Assembly: GCA_038321985.1 (NCBI GenBank)
Contig: JBBQFN010000009.1
Span: 64,001 to 128,000, forward strand
Length of the DNA stretch: 64,000 bases
Direction of reading: 5' to 3'
Origin: Cyanophyceae cyanobacterium
GTDB lineage: Bacteria; Cyanobacteriota; Cyanobacteriia; Cyanobacteriales; Laspinemataceae
Shown here: positions 42,564-52,699 of the stretch, one piece after another
How positions within the stretch are numbered: position 1 is the first letter of the stretch
Layout of the letters: every line of letters starts with the position of its first letter
The notes under the pieces: generated by a model
Databases searched by the model: none
Told to the model about the DNA's origin: nothing
The model's input: the letters and a program-made list of their open reading frames with translations, nothing else
Program-made: the position numbers and the translations under genes

Positions 42564-44063
42564 ATGAGTCAAAATTTTGTTGATTTTAATCCAATCGTCG
42601 TGACGATCGCCATTGCTGGGGTGATGGGGGTTTCTATGCCAGGGGCGATCGCTCAACTGAACCAGCAGCAAGTGTCGGCAATGGCAGAACAGGTCACCGT
42701 CCTGATTCAGGGACAAAATCCCGGATCCGGGGTGATTATCGGCCAATCCGGGGATTCCTACTTTGTTCTCACGGCCAAGCACGTTGTTGCCACGCCGGAT
42801 GAATATTACATTGTTACCTCGGATCAACAAAAATACCCCCTCGACTATCAACGAATCCATAAGATAGCTGAAGCTGATTTAGCGGTGGTTCAGTTTACCA
42901 GCGATCGCAGCTATGACCTGGCAAGGATAGGAAATTCGGATCAAGTTATCCAAGGGAATATTGTATATGTTGCGGGATGGCCTCATCCGGGGGAAGCTAT
43001 CACGGACCGGATTTTTCAACTCACAACCGGGACAGTTTCAGGGCGATCGCCCTCAGAAACTTCCGACGGGTATGAATTAGTTTATACCAATATAACCCGT
43101 TCGGGGATGAGTGGCGGTCCTATATTTAACCCGGAGGGTGAATTAATTGGCATTCATGGACAATCCGAGGGACAAAATATTTATAATCCTGATACCGGGG
43201 ATATGGTCTCTGTTAAGGCAGGATTTAATTTAGGAATCCCCTTAGCAACTTTTATGCAATTGAACGAACCCAACCCTTTACCGCCCAATCCTAGTTTTGC
43301 CAATCCGCTTACCTACGCAGCAATCCAGGCATTAGGAGAAAACCGCGTGACCGATGCAGTCCGTTTATATAAGCGGGCGACGGAGGTAAATCCGGAGTAT
43401 TTAGAGGCGATATTTGGACTCGGACAGGCGTACTATGAATCCGGCGATCGCAACTTGGCGTTGAGTCAGTTTGAAAAGGCGGTAGAATTAACTCGGGCTG
43501 AAATGGAACGACTACGATCGCTCAGTAGACTGGAAGTTGTAGCTTATAATAACCAGGTGAATGCAGAATTGGCCTTGGGGACCCTGTTGTTTACATCCGG
43601 CAATCGCCTTGAAGGATTAAATCTGCTCGTGGGTCTTTTGCAGTATAATAACCAGATGGTGAGAGACAAACTCTTTCAACCGGATTTTGCCAGTAGTCGC
43701 CTGCGGAGTGATGCAGTCCCCCTGCAACAATATGCTGAAAAAATCCTATCTACAACAGCGGGTAAATTACCGCCAGAATTCAATCAGGGACAGGTTCTCT
43801 ACGAACTCGGACAAGTGGAGGCAGCGATTCCCTATTTTCAAATTATCCTGGATAAATATAAAAATGACCCCCGAGTCATGTTAGCACTCGCGATCGCATT
43901 ACAGGAAACCGGCCAAAGCGATCGGGCCGCTGTCTTACTCCAGGAGATGCAAACGGACCAATCCCAGGACGCAGTGACGGGGGAACCGGGAGGATGGTTG
44001 GGCATTTTTTGGAGCGATCGCCTGATTGAAAAAGCTCGAACATTGATTCCTCCTCAGACATAA
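42564..44063 (+). CDS. Trypsin-like serine protease plus TPR region
   Basis: Signal peptide; LTAKH, DLAVV, GMSGGP; helical repeats (LGQAYYESGD, GQVLYELGQ). Confidence 0.9.
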   Translation: MSQNFVDFNPIVVTIAIAGVMGVSMPGAIAQLNQQQVSAMAEQVTVLIQGQNPGSGVIIGQSGDSYFVLTAKHVVATPDEYYIVTSDQQKYPLDYQRIHKIAEADLAVVQFTSDRSYDLARIGNSDQVIQGNIVYVAGWPHPGEAITDRIFQLTTGTVSGRSPSETSDGYELVYTNITRSGMSGGPIFNPEGELIGIHGQSEGQNIYNPDTGDMVSVKAGFNLGIPLATFMQLNEPNPLPPNPSFANPLTYAAIQALGENRVTDAVRLYKRATEVNPEYLEAIFGLGQAYYESGDRNLALSQFEKAVELTRAEMERLRSLSRLEVVAYNNQVNAELALGTLLFTSGNRLEGLNLLVGLLQYNNQMVRDKLFQPDFASSRLRSDAVPLQQYAEKILSTTAGKLPPEFNQGQVLYELGQVEAAIPYFQIILDKYKNDPRVMLALAIALQETGQSDRAAVLLQEMQTDQSQDAVTGEPGGWLGIFWSDRLIEKARTLIPPQT

Positions 44064-44140
44064 AAATCTTCGATGTATCTACATTTTACCGGCCTTCCTC
44101 TCACAAAAACTCACTCCACTTATCCCCTTTGATAACCGTG

Positions 44141-46657
44141 ATGATTCAGCGCACTTTGACCCTTTTTTCCCTTTGGACTGCCACCATCCTCCCCCTAGAA
44201 TTAGCCGGGTTTACGAAATCGGCCCATTTACAAACCCTCCCTCTGTTTTTCCTCTCGCAGGTTCAAATTAATCAGGCCGATATTGCCACCCTCACCCAGC
44301 AAGTGACGGTGGTAATCAACGGCCAAAACCCCGGTTCTGGAGTGATTATTGGCAGGCAAGGTAACACTTATACGGTGTTGACTGCAAATCATGTAGTTGC
44401 CAGTCCCGATGAATATCAAATTGTCACGGTAGATGGGATACAACATCCGCTCAATTATACTACGGTTCGGCGATTGCCGAATTTAGATTTAGCTTTGGTT
44501 CAGTTTACCAGTAACCAAATCTATGAGACTGCGCAGATGGGAGATTCCGATATCGCCCAACCAGGAACGGCAGTGTATATCGCCGGATGGCCTCATCCGG
44601 GAATTGCCATTACGGAACGGATCTTTCAAATGACACCGGGTCAAATTTCCGGGCGATCGCAGTCGGGAACCGAGTCCGGATATGAACTGGTTTATACCAA
44701 TATCACGCGATCGGGCATGAGTGGCGGTCCCGTTTTAGATACCTTCGGTCGTCTGATTGGCATTCATGGACGCGCCGAGGGACAAGCGATTTATAATCCT
44801 GATACGGGAGATACAGTGGATATCAAATCGGGGTTTAATTTAGGCATTCCCCTGGATACTTTTATAAAATCCATTGAAACGATAGATTCAACGGTTTTAT
44901 CCACGAACCCTTCATTCGCTTATCCTCTTTCCAAACAGGCCGATCGCCAGTTGGTTGGCAACCAAATTCAACCGGCAATCGCCCAATATCAAAGAATTTT
45001 AGCCATAAACCCGAATTATCTCCCAGCGGTATTTGGGATGGGACAAGCGCAGTATCAATTAGGAGAGACAACAGCGGCGATCGCCGAATTTCGGAATGCT
45101 ATTAATTTAGCAACGGCTGCGATCGCTCAAGTTCAATCCAACCCCAGCCTCTCCCCCCAACAGCAACTTTTATTAGTAGAAACAACCGAAATTCAAGGGA
45201 ACGCCCAAGTCGCCCTCGCGAGTGCTTTATATGCTAGTGGCGATCAAAAAACTGCCCTTTCCCTCATTTTTGAATTATTGAAAAACCCAGAAAATTGGAG
45301 GGGAAAGCTCACTTTATTAGAACCTAAATTTCCCTCTTCTCGCTTACAAACTGATGCCCAAGTAGTCGCCGCTACCGCACAAGAAATAGTGGCTCAGGGG
45401 GTAGAATATTTACCGACCGAATTCAATCTAGCCCAAGCACTTTATGAGCGAGGGGAGGTGCAAAATGCCCTTTCTACTTTAGAATCTTTATTCCAGGAAA
45501 ATCAACAAGATCCCTCTCGAAAAATGGCTTTGGCCGCCGTCTTAAATGCCACGGGAAATCGCCAACGGGCAGAAACTTTGATTTCCGAGTTGCAGTCGGA
45601 ATATGCGGGTCAATTTAGAGATGAAAATTTTGAGTTTTTGTTGACGGGACTGTGGAGTAGTCGTTTGCGGGAAGATGTTACAAAAATGTTAGCCTACTAT
45701 CGACCGAGTGCCACCCTCTCTACCACTGTGTTTTCTAACACCCTCTTACATCCAGCGGAAGACAGCGATCTCGCTTATATCGAGTTTTTGGCCCTGTCTA
45801 GGGATGGCAAAACCCTGGTGAGTACCAATGGCGAAGGGACGATTAAAGTCTGGGATATCGACAAGGGAACAGTGCGTCATACATTCCCCTGGACGGGTAA
45901 CCTCCGGGATGCGATCGCCTTGAGTCCGGATGGACGTCTGGTGGCACTTGGCATCTGGGATGATACGGATAATACACCCAAAGTCCAACTCTGGGATACT
46001 CAGACGGGACAAAACCTGCGAACCTTTACCCAACCTGGCAGTAACGGAGTTACCGCAGTCGCCTTCAGTCCCGACAATCAAACCCTCGCCAGTAGCGCCC
46101 AAGAGATTCTGCTTTGGGATGTGAGGACCGAAGAAGTGCTACATACCCTTCCGGGTAAACGGCCCTATTCCAGTTATTCTCTTGCCTTCAGTCCCGATGG
46201 CAACCGTCTCGCCAGCAGCAGTCTGGAAATTATCCAACTCTGGAATCCCAGCAGTGGCGAACTCATGAACGAGATCGAACTGTCTGGTGAACATATTATT
46301 AATGGACTAATATTTAGTTCCAATAGTAATCTCCTCCTCAGTCGCAGCGATCGCGGTATTCAATTGTGGAATCCCAATACGGGAAATGCCATCAGTACCG
46401 TCCCCCAGGGCCAAAAATATGCTTTGAGTCCCGATGGCCAAACTTTAGCACTTTGTGCAGGGACTGAAATTTCCCTGATCAATGTGGCATCAAACCAAGT
46501 GACACGCACCCTCAGTGCGCCATCAGGCTGTTACCAACTGGTCTTTTTACCCAATAGTAAAACCCTAGTCAGTGGAGGAAATGGCGGTAAAATAGAGATT
46601 TGGGATCTTGATCGGTCCGCCCAACTAGGGCGATCGCTGGAGATTTTTTTGGGGTAA
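44141..46657 (+). CDS. Trypsin-like serine protease plus TPR plus WD40 (start ATG 44141 or TTG 44129)
   Basis: LTANH, DLALV, GMSGGP; TPR block homologous to the preceding gene; C-terminal WD40 repeats. Confidence 0.9.
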   Translation: MIQRTLTLFSLWTATILPLELAGFTKSAHLQTLPLFFLSQVQINQADIATLTQQVTVVINGQNPGSGVIIGRQGNTYTVLTANHVVASPDEYQIVTVDGIQHPLNYTTVRRLPNLDLALVQFTSNQIYETAQMGDSDIAQPGTAVYIAGWPHPGIAITERIFQMTPGQISGRSQSGTESGYELVYTNITRSGMSGGPVLDTFGRLIGIHGRAEGQAIYNPDTGDTVDIKSGFNLGIPLDTFIKSIETIDSTVLSTNPSFAYPLSKQADRQLVGNQIQPAIAQYQRILAINPNYLPAVFGMGQAQYQLGETTAAIAEFRNAINLATAAIAQVQSNPSLSPQQQLLLVETTEIQGNAQVALASALYASGDQKTALSLIFELLKNPENWRGKLTLLEPKFPSSRLQTDAQVVAATAQEIVAQGVEYLPTEFNLAQALYERGEVQNALSTLESLFQENQQDPSRKMALAAVLNATGNRQRAETLISELQSEYAGQFRDENFEFLLTGLWSSRLREDVTKMLAYYRPSATLSTTVFSNTLLHPAEDSDLAYIEFLALSRDGKTLVSTNGEGTIKVWDIDKGTVRHTFPWTGNLRDAIALSPDGRLVALGIWDDTDNTPKVQLWDTQTGQNLRTFTQPGSNGVTAVAFSPDNQTLASSAQEILLWDVRTEEVLHTLPGKRPYSSYSLAFSPDGNRLASSSLEIIQLWNPSSGELMNEIELSGEHIINGLIFSSNSNLLLSRSDRGIQLWNPNTGNAISTVPQGQKYALSPDGQTLALCAGTEISLINVASNQVTRTLSAPSGCYQLVFLPNSKTLVSGGNGGKIEIWDLDRSAQLGRSLEIFLG

Positions 46658-46774
46658 TTTATTAGATTGGAGAGGGCAAATTTTGATAGGACGCCAATCC
46701 AATAGAAAACTGTGATTCAGAAAAACCATGTCCTCAACCCAGGTTTTGAATGATGGGTATAGATGAGTTGCTTT

Positions 46775-46812
46775 TTTCTTTCCTAACCTTTAATAAAGGT
46801 TAGTAAAGAAAG
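46775..46812. terminator. Hairpin between convergent genes
   Basis: TTTCTTT-c-CTAACCTTT-aat-AAAGGTTAG-t-AAAGAAA. Confidence 0.55.
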
Positions 46813-46906
46813 GTTAAATTACGGCTTATACCTGAAATAATTTTAGGCTGATGAAGACCCCCCAACCCCATCACAGGGATTAGGGAGTCTTTTTATAAAT
46901 GGGGTT

Positions 46907-47869
46907 TTAAAAGTTCCACATTACTTGATTGTTGTCGAGTTTGTCGGTGACAATTCGTCCGATCGCATCAATTTCTTTGACCTCTTCTGCGGATAATTTG
47001 ACCTCGGCTGCTTTGGCATTATCCGTGGCCTGCTGCTCATTTCTTGCACCGACAATGGCACAGGTTTGGGGTTGAGCAATTAACCAGGCTAAAGCCAATT
47101 GAGCTAATGTACAATCATGGCGTTTAGCAATGGGACGGAGTTTTTCTAATGCTTCTTGAACCCGGGCATAATTCTCTTTATCAGAGAAAAGTTTATTTTT
47201 GGATCGATGGTCACCTTCTGCAAATGTATGGTCTGGGCCAAATTTGCCGGTTAGTAATCCTTGGGCCAGGGAAGAATAAGAAATAATTGAAATCTCGTTT
47301 TCGACACAATATGGCATCTGGTCGTTTTCAATTTTTCGCCAAAATAAAGAATAAGGGGGCTGCAAACTATCAATTTGTCCATATTGCGCCGCCTCTTCCA
47401 TTTGGTTACGGTTAAAGTTAGAGACACCGACGGCCCGAATTTTGCCTTGTTCTTTTAGCTGGCTTAGGGCCCGCATGGTTTCTTCAATGGGAACATTTTC
47501 GCCTCCCCAGGTTCCGGAGGGCCAGTGAATTTGATACAGGTCGATATAGTCAGTTTTTAAGTTTGCTAAAGAGCGATCGCAGGCTTCAATTACTTGGTCA
47601 TATTTGAGATGATTGGAGAAAACTTTGGTGGCATAAATGACATTTTCTCGCACATCGGAGAGGGCGGAGGCGACGATTTGTTCGGAATATCCTTCTCCAT
47701 ACGCCTCAGCAGTATCAAAGGTGGTAATCCCGGCATGATAGGCAGCGCGGAGGGCTTGGATAATATCATTATCTTCGATTCCCACCCACATTTTTTTACC
47801 AGCTTGCCAGGTTCCCATAATGATGGGGGTAATTTTTAAATTGGATTTGCCTAACCTTCTCGTTTCCAT
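46907..47869 (-). CDS. Aldo/keto reductase
   Basis: FDTAEAYG, DYIDLYQIHWP, GKIRAVGVSNF, QLALAWL. Confidence 0.92.
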   Translation of the reverse strand: METRRLGKSNLKITPIIMGTWQAGKKMWVGIEDNDIIQALRAAYHAGITTFDTAEAYGEGYSEQIVASALSDVRENVIYATKVFSNHLKYDQVIEACDRSLANLKTDYIDLYQIHWPSGTWGGENVPIEETMRALSQLKEQGKIRAVGVSNFNRNQMEEAAQYGQIDSLQPPYSLFWRKIENDQMPYCVENEISIISYSSLAQGLLTGKFGPDHTFAEGDHRSKNKLFSDKENYARVQEALEKLRPIAKRHDCTLAQLALAWLIAQPQTCAIVGARNEQQATDNAKAAEVKLSAEEVKEIDAIGRIVTDKLDNNQVMWNF

Positions 47870-47952
47870 GTTGACCTCTTAAACTAGAATAAAGACTACT
47901 TTTTACGGTAGTCTTTCTTATTCTAACGATTCGTCTAAACAGGGGTGTTTGC

Positions 47953-48537
47953 ATGGATTTAAGGGCTGCTTTGAAGGAATGGGCGATCGCCGTTGATGCC
48001 CTAGAACGAGGAAAGACAATCCTCTTACTCCGCAAGGGCGGTATCCGGGAAGTCGGGGATCGGTTCAGTGTCCCGGATTCACAGGTGTTACTGTATCCGA
48101 CGTTTGAACATCAAAAACCCGAGTTACTTAAGTCGGACTATGCTGAGAATGTTAGCCCAGTACCATCGGGATGGCATCCAGAACGGGTGCGGATTGGCAG
48201 TTGGGCTAAGATTACGGATCTGTTGCCGATCGCGGTGGAAACGGAGGAAAGCGCCCTCTGTGTGCAATCGGCGCTGCAGCCGTATCACATTTGGAACGAT
48301 TACTTTGTCCGTGATCGCCTCAAGTGGAAACCTCGACAACCGCTGTATCTGCTGTTGTTGCGGACCTATCGGCTATCCCAACCGCGAGATATTGCTTACT
48401 GTGAGGCGTATGGAGGCTGTAAGTCGTGGATGCAGTTAACAGAGGCGATCGCTACGGCTGACTCGGTGCCGGTTTTGGATGATGTGGCATACAGTGTTCT
48501 ACGCGATCGCCTCCGGGAAATAGTTGCTTCCCTATGA
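47953..48537 (+). CDS. DUF1802 family protein
   Basis: ALKEW, LLRKGGIRE, LYPTFEHQ, YGGCKSW. Confidence 0.88.
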   Translation: MDLRAALKEWAIAVDALERGKTILLLRKGGIREVGDRFSVPDSQVLLYPTFEHQKPELLKSDYAENVSPVPSGWHPERVRIGSWAKITDLLPIAVETEESALCVQSALQPYHIWNDYFVRDRLKWKPRQPLYLLLLRTYRLSQPRDIAYCEAYGGCKSWMQLTEAIATADSVPVLDDVAYSVLRDRLREIVASL

Positions 48538-48917
48538 CTTATACTGACCCCGGCCATGACTCCGGATCTCCCCAGACACCTTGGGTATTAAAATGTCATA
48601 GTCCAGAGTTTCTATTCCAGTGATAGGGATAAAACCACACGGTCCCCTAGGGTAATAACCTGAAACCCCCCCAGAAGAGTTAGAGGCGATTGCTATACCA
48701 CTTGACCCAGTGTCCTACAGTTCTTCCTTATTCTCTGGCTAAATATAAATTATCTTCTCAATGCATCCCCAGGGAGTCTGCACTTCCTGGGGAAATTAGC
48801 GCAGTAGGCGCACAGTAGTCACTTAAAAAAGTGACCCATTCGGATTTCCGTACCAGGGAGGGAGTGCGTAGATTAAAAGTGTGAAAAGTTAATCGACGTT
48901 CGGAATAAGACCTCATT

Positions 48918-50561
48918 ATGAAACGTCAATATTCTACCTCTCAATCTTCCTCCCTTATGAACCAAAACAAATCTAATCTTCGTAGCGCGATCGCCTCTCT
49001 TCCGGCCAGTTTAGCTGCATTATTACTCTGTACAGGTGCAGCAACTATACTCCCGACGATCGCCCAAGTCAAAACTGGCGCAACTCCAATCGCTGCTGCT
49101 ACATCTAATATACTTTATGTTAACCCCCAACTGGGACAGGATACCAATGCCGGGACCAGTGAAGCAGCCGCCTATCGCACTATCACTTATGCCCTGCAAA
49201 AAGCTCAAACGGGTACGGTAATCCAGTTAGCTGCCGGGACCTATAGCAAAGATAGCGGTGAATCGTTTCCCCTCCCGGTCAAATCCGGCGTTATCCTGCG
49301 TGGAAATAATAGCAACAAAGGACAAGGGGTTCTCGTTATCGGGGGCGGTACTTATCTCAGTCGCACCTTTGCTAGCCAAAACGTCACGGTTCAGGCGGCG
49401 AATACGAGCACAATCGAAGGGTTAACGATTACGAACCCCAATGCAAGTGGGACGGGTTTATGGATCGAATCCACAAATCCGGTGATTCGCAATAACACCT
49501 TCAAAAACAGTCGCCGAGACGGTATGTTTGTGACGGGGAGTGCCTCACCGAAAATTGAAAATAACGTCTTTGTTGAAAATGAGGCCAATGGGATTTCCAT
49601 CGCCCGGGAAGCAGGGGGAGAAATCCGAGGGAACATTTTCCAGAATACAGGATTTGGTCTGGCGATCGGGGGAACCTCATCGGTTCGCGTCATCGGGAAT
49701 ACGATTTCTCAGAATATTGATGGGATGGTGATCTCAAATTCTGCGACCCCTGTCTTACGAGAAAATGCGATTGAGGGGAACGAACGGGATGGAATTGTAG
49801 TGATATCTTCATCTAATCCCGACCTCGGTACCGCCTCCAGTGAGGGGCAGAACCGCATCCGCAATAACGGACGCCATGCGTTATATAGTGTGTCTTCAGC
49901 AACCATTCAAGCTGTCGGCAATGATATCGATCGCGATCGGATTATTGGTTCGATTAACTTTGTTCCCGCTAACGTTCAAATCGCCTTTCAGGATGTAGAG
50001 GGACATTGGGCGCAAGCGTATATCGGTGCTTTGACGAAAAAAGGGATTATTGCCGGGTTCCCGGATGGCACATTTAAACCCAACGAACCTGTGACTCGCG
50101 CCCAATTTGCGGCGATCGTTACAAAAGCATTTGCACCGACTGCTAAACAACCGGCGATCGCCTTCCGGGATGTTAATAGCAGCTTCTGGGGGGCCGAAGC
50201 GATTTCGGTTGCTTACCGAGGAGGATTCCTGGCGGGATATCCGGAAGGGGTATTTCGTCCTAATCAAGAAATCCCCAAAGTTCAGGCGATCGTTGCGTTA
50301 GTCAGCGGATTGGGATTGCGATCGAACAATACTACCCTCTTGTCTCGCTACAATGATGCCTTGGAAATTCCTGAGTATGCCTTGACAGCGGTAGCGGGGG
50401 CGACCGAAAATCAACTGGTAGTAAACTATCCCCAGATTGGTCAGTTTAATCCCAATCGTCAAGCCACTCGCGCTGAAGTTGCCGCCTTTGTCTATCAATC
50501 CCTGGTGAATGCAGGACAAGCAGAAGCAATTCCCTCTCCCTATGTAGTTGCCACTCCCTAG
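48918..50561 (+). CDS. DUF1565 beta-helix protein with three S-layer homology domains
   Basis: LYVNP...YRTITYAL...GTYS...GESFPL; C-terminal FQDVEGHWA, GFPDGTFKPN, ATRAEVAA. Confidence 0.88.
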   Translation: MKRQYSTSQSSSLMNQNKSNLRSAIASLPASLAALLLCTGAATILPTIAQVKTGATPIAAATSNILYVNPQLGQDTNAGTSEAAAYRTITYALQKAQTGTVIQLAAGTYSKDSGESFPLPVKSGVILRGNNSNKGQGVLVIGGGTYLSRTFASQNVTVQAANTSTIEGLTITNPNASGTGLWIESTNPVIRNNTFKNSRRDGMFVTGSASPKIENNVFVENEANGISIAREAGGEIRGNIFQNTGFGLAIGGTSSVRVIGNTISQNIDGMVISNSATPVLRENAIEGNERDGIVVISSSNPDLGTASSEGQNRIRNNGRHALYSVSSATIQAVGNDIDRDRIIGSINFVPANVQIAFQDVEGHWAQAYIGALTKKGIIAGFPDGTFKPNEPVTRAQFAAIVTKAFAPTAKQPAIAFRDVNSSFWGAEAISVAYRGGFLAGYPEGVFRPNQEIPKVQAIVALVSGLGLRSNNTTLLSRYNDALEIPEYALTAVAGATENQLVVNYPQIGQFNPNRQATRAEVAAFVYQSLVNAGQAEAIPSPYVVATP

Positions 50562-50683
50562 TTTGACCTTGGTATTTTTAAGGGGTTGCTAATTACCCGC
50601 ATCTTGTTAAGAAACCCGGTTGTCTTCCCCATACTGTACCGGCATTATAGGGCAAGTGCGTCACCTCCATTCAAACTTCCCCC

Positions 50684-50720
50684 AAAATAGGGATGCAGTT
50701 TAGCTGCATCCCTATTTTTT
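50684..50720. terminator. Bidirectional intrinsic terminator
   Basis: AAAATAGGGATGCAG-tttag-CTGCATCCCTATTTT between convergent genes. Confidence 0.8.
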
Positions 50721-50828
50721 ATCTGGCCTGAGGCAGAATATTAATGATTTTTTAGGGGAAATTTGTTAGCGGTGGTCCTTGATCGGGCCGAAGGGTAATT
50801 TCTCCCTCCCCACTGACTAACCGTATCG

Positions 50829-52154
50829 CTAGCTACGACTAAATTCCACAGAATTTTTAGCTTCTTTTGCCCGGTTTACATCTACAAAAGCCAGCAAAAT
50901 TAGTCCCGATATAAAAAAGATAATAACACCCAAAATTGCGAGTCGGTTACTCCCTGTAATCAACCCAATTGCCGCAAAGGTCAAGGGTCCTAAAATAGCC
51001 GACCCTTTGGCAAATACCGAGTAAAATCCATAAAATTCAGCTGAGGCATGAATGGGAACCATTGCCCCATAAAATGAGCGGCTGAGGGCTTGGGAACCTC
51101 CCTGGACAATGCCCACAATTCCTCCCAAGATAAAATATTCAGTGGCATTTGTCAAAAAATAGGCATAAATCACCACAATGCACCAGCCTACTAAACTTAC
51201 CATCAACGCTTTTTTAGCCGTTACTCTTTCTGCTAATTTACTAAACCCTAATGCCCCAATGACACTAACAAACTGAATAAATAATAAGGTCAACATCAAG
51301 GTCGTGGTTCCTAACCCGATTTCTTGTTGTCCGTAGATGGTCGCCATGGTCATTACGGTTTGAATACCATTATTGTAGAGTAAATAGGAGATCAAAAATA
51401 ATAACAGGTGTTTAAACTGTTTGACTTTGCGGAACGTCACCAGAATTCTGATGATGCCAACTTCGGTATAAGCCCTCCATTTGGGTAACTTCCGATAAGC
51501 GTAAGGTAAAGATTCAACCGGCGGTTCTTCTTGCAGATTTAAAAAGGTAAAAATCGCAAATCCACCCCACCATAAACCCGCCATGGCGATCGCCAGTCTG
51601 ACGGCAAGTTCCTGGGAAATTCCTAAGGCAGTATGTCCCATAACTAATCCTAAAGAGAGAGCAAGTTGCACTCCCCCTCCCACGTAGCCGTAAGCAAAGC
51701 CTTTACCCGATACCCAGTCTATTTTATCTTCTGAAGCGATTTGAGGAAGAAAAGCATCGTAAAAGATGTTAGACCCCACAAAACACATTTGAGCAATGAT
51801 AAATAATATCATCGTTTGAAGAATATCACCGGTTCCAGAAAATACTAGCGCAACGGTGGCTAAACTTCCCCCATAACAACATATCATTAGAAAGCGTTTT
51901 TTGGCCGCTGAAAAGTCAGAAACTGCTCCTAATACTGGAGCAAAAATAAAGACAACAAACGCTGAAAAACTAATCATTAAGGCCCAAATTGACTCAGCCG
52001 TAAAGTAAGCGCCGCCTAGATTTATGCCTTCTGGGGGAACAATGACGGCGGCAAAGTAAGGCGGTAAAAGAGCAACGAGTACCGTCGTGACATAGGCAGA
52101 ATTTGCCCAGTCATACATGACCCAGCCGAATATTTGCTTTTTATTGTTTAACAT
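50829..52154 (-). CDS. MFS transporter (UMF1/Atg22-like)
   Basis: WVMYDWANSAY, FYDAFLP, GGSQALSRS, AEFYGFY; about 12 TM segments. Confidence 0.85.
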   Translation of the reverse strand: MLNNKKQIFGWVMYDWANSAYVTTVLVALLPPYFAAVIVPPEGINLGGAYFTAESIWALMISFSAFVVFIFAPVLGAVSDFSAAKKRFLMICCYGGSLATVALVFSGTGDILQTMILFIIAQMCFVGSNIFYDAFLPQIASEDKIDWVSGKGFAYGYVGGGVQLALSLGLVMGHTALGISQELAVRLAIAMAGLWWGGFAIFTFLNLQEEPPVESLPYAYRKLPKWRAYTEVGIIRILVTFRKVKQFKHLLLFLISYLLYNNGIQTVMTMATIYGQQEIGLGTTTLMLTLLFIQFVSVIGALGFSKLAERVTAKKALMVSLVGWCIVVIYAYFLTNATEYFILGGIVGIVQGGSQALSRSFYGAMVPIHASAEFYGFYSVFAKGSAILGPLTFAAIGLITGSNRLAILGVIIFFISGLILLAFVDVNRAKEAKNSVEFSRS

Positions 52155-52209
52155 GAGGTTAGAGTTAGAGGTAATTTCAGCATCGATTGGGGCTCCCCAG
52201 CACTTCTTC

Positions 52210-52375
52210 GGGAGTGAAGTTATTTAGTTTATAGCGGACTTTGAAGGTAGAAACCGGGTTCTTCATAAAACTTTTGGTTATTAGCATTAAATTGCGACTA
52301 GAAACGCGGTTTCTTGTCCTTTTTCTTTAATACCTACCCGGAAGCTCTAGGGAGTGAATTTATTTAGTTTATAGC
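52210..52375. repeat. 26-bp direct repeat pair flanking two AGAAACcggGTTTCT-like palindromes
   Basis: GGGAGTGAAgTTATTTAGTTTATAGC at 52210-52235 and GGGAGTGAAtTTATTTAGTTTATAGC at 52350-52375. Confidence 0.75.
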
Positions 52376-52699
52376 TGAAATGGGAAAAAGTTACAAAATC
52401 TTGTGGATAGTCACCGCCCATCGCTTCTAATCTAGTCGGTGAGATAGAGATGGAAACCGTAGCGATCGCGTGATGTCCAGGCTTGGCGATCGCCTCGGGG
52501 TCTTGTCCATCCCCCAAGTGTCCCTATCCATCTACACCCGCATCCGTAGCACCTGCCCCAAAGCGGTATGATTCTTTAAAGTCCAGTTAATCCCCCCTTT
52601 CCCTACAATTTTTCCTTGAATCCCCCAAAACTTTAGAATCGCCGGAATAAAAAGTCCCCCTTAAAATAGAAGAAGTGCACCCTATAAAAACAGTCCTCC

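Noticed and set aside
39172..46657. Diversity-generating retroelement acting on the protease array
   Set aside because: No reverse transcriptase, and no template/variable repeat pair with adenine-specific differences was seen
52210..52375. Mini CRISPR array
   Set aside because: Only two repeats, a 114-bp spacer and no cas genes
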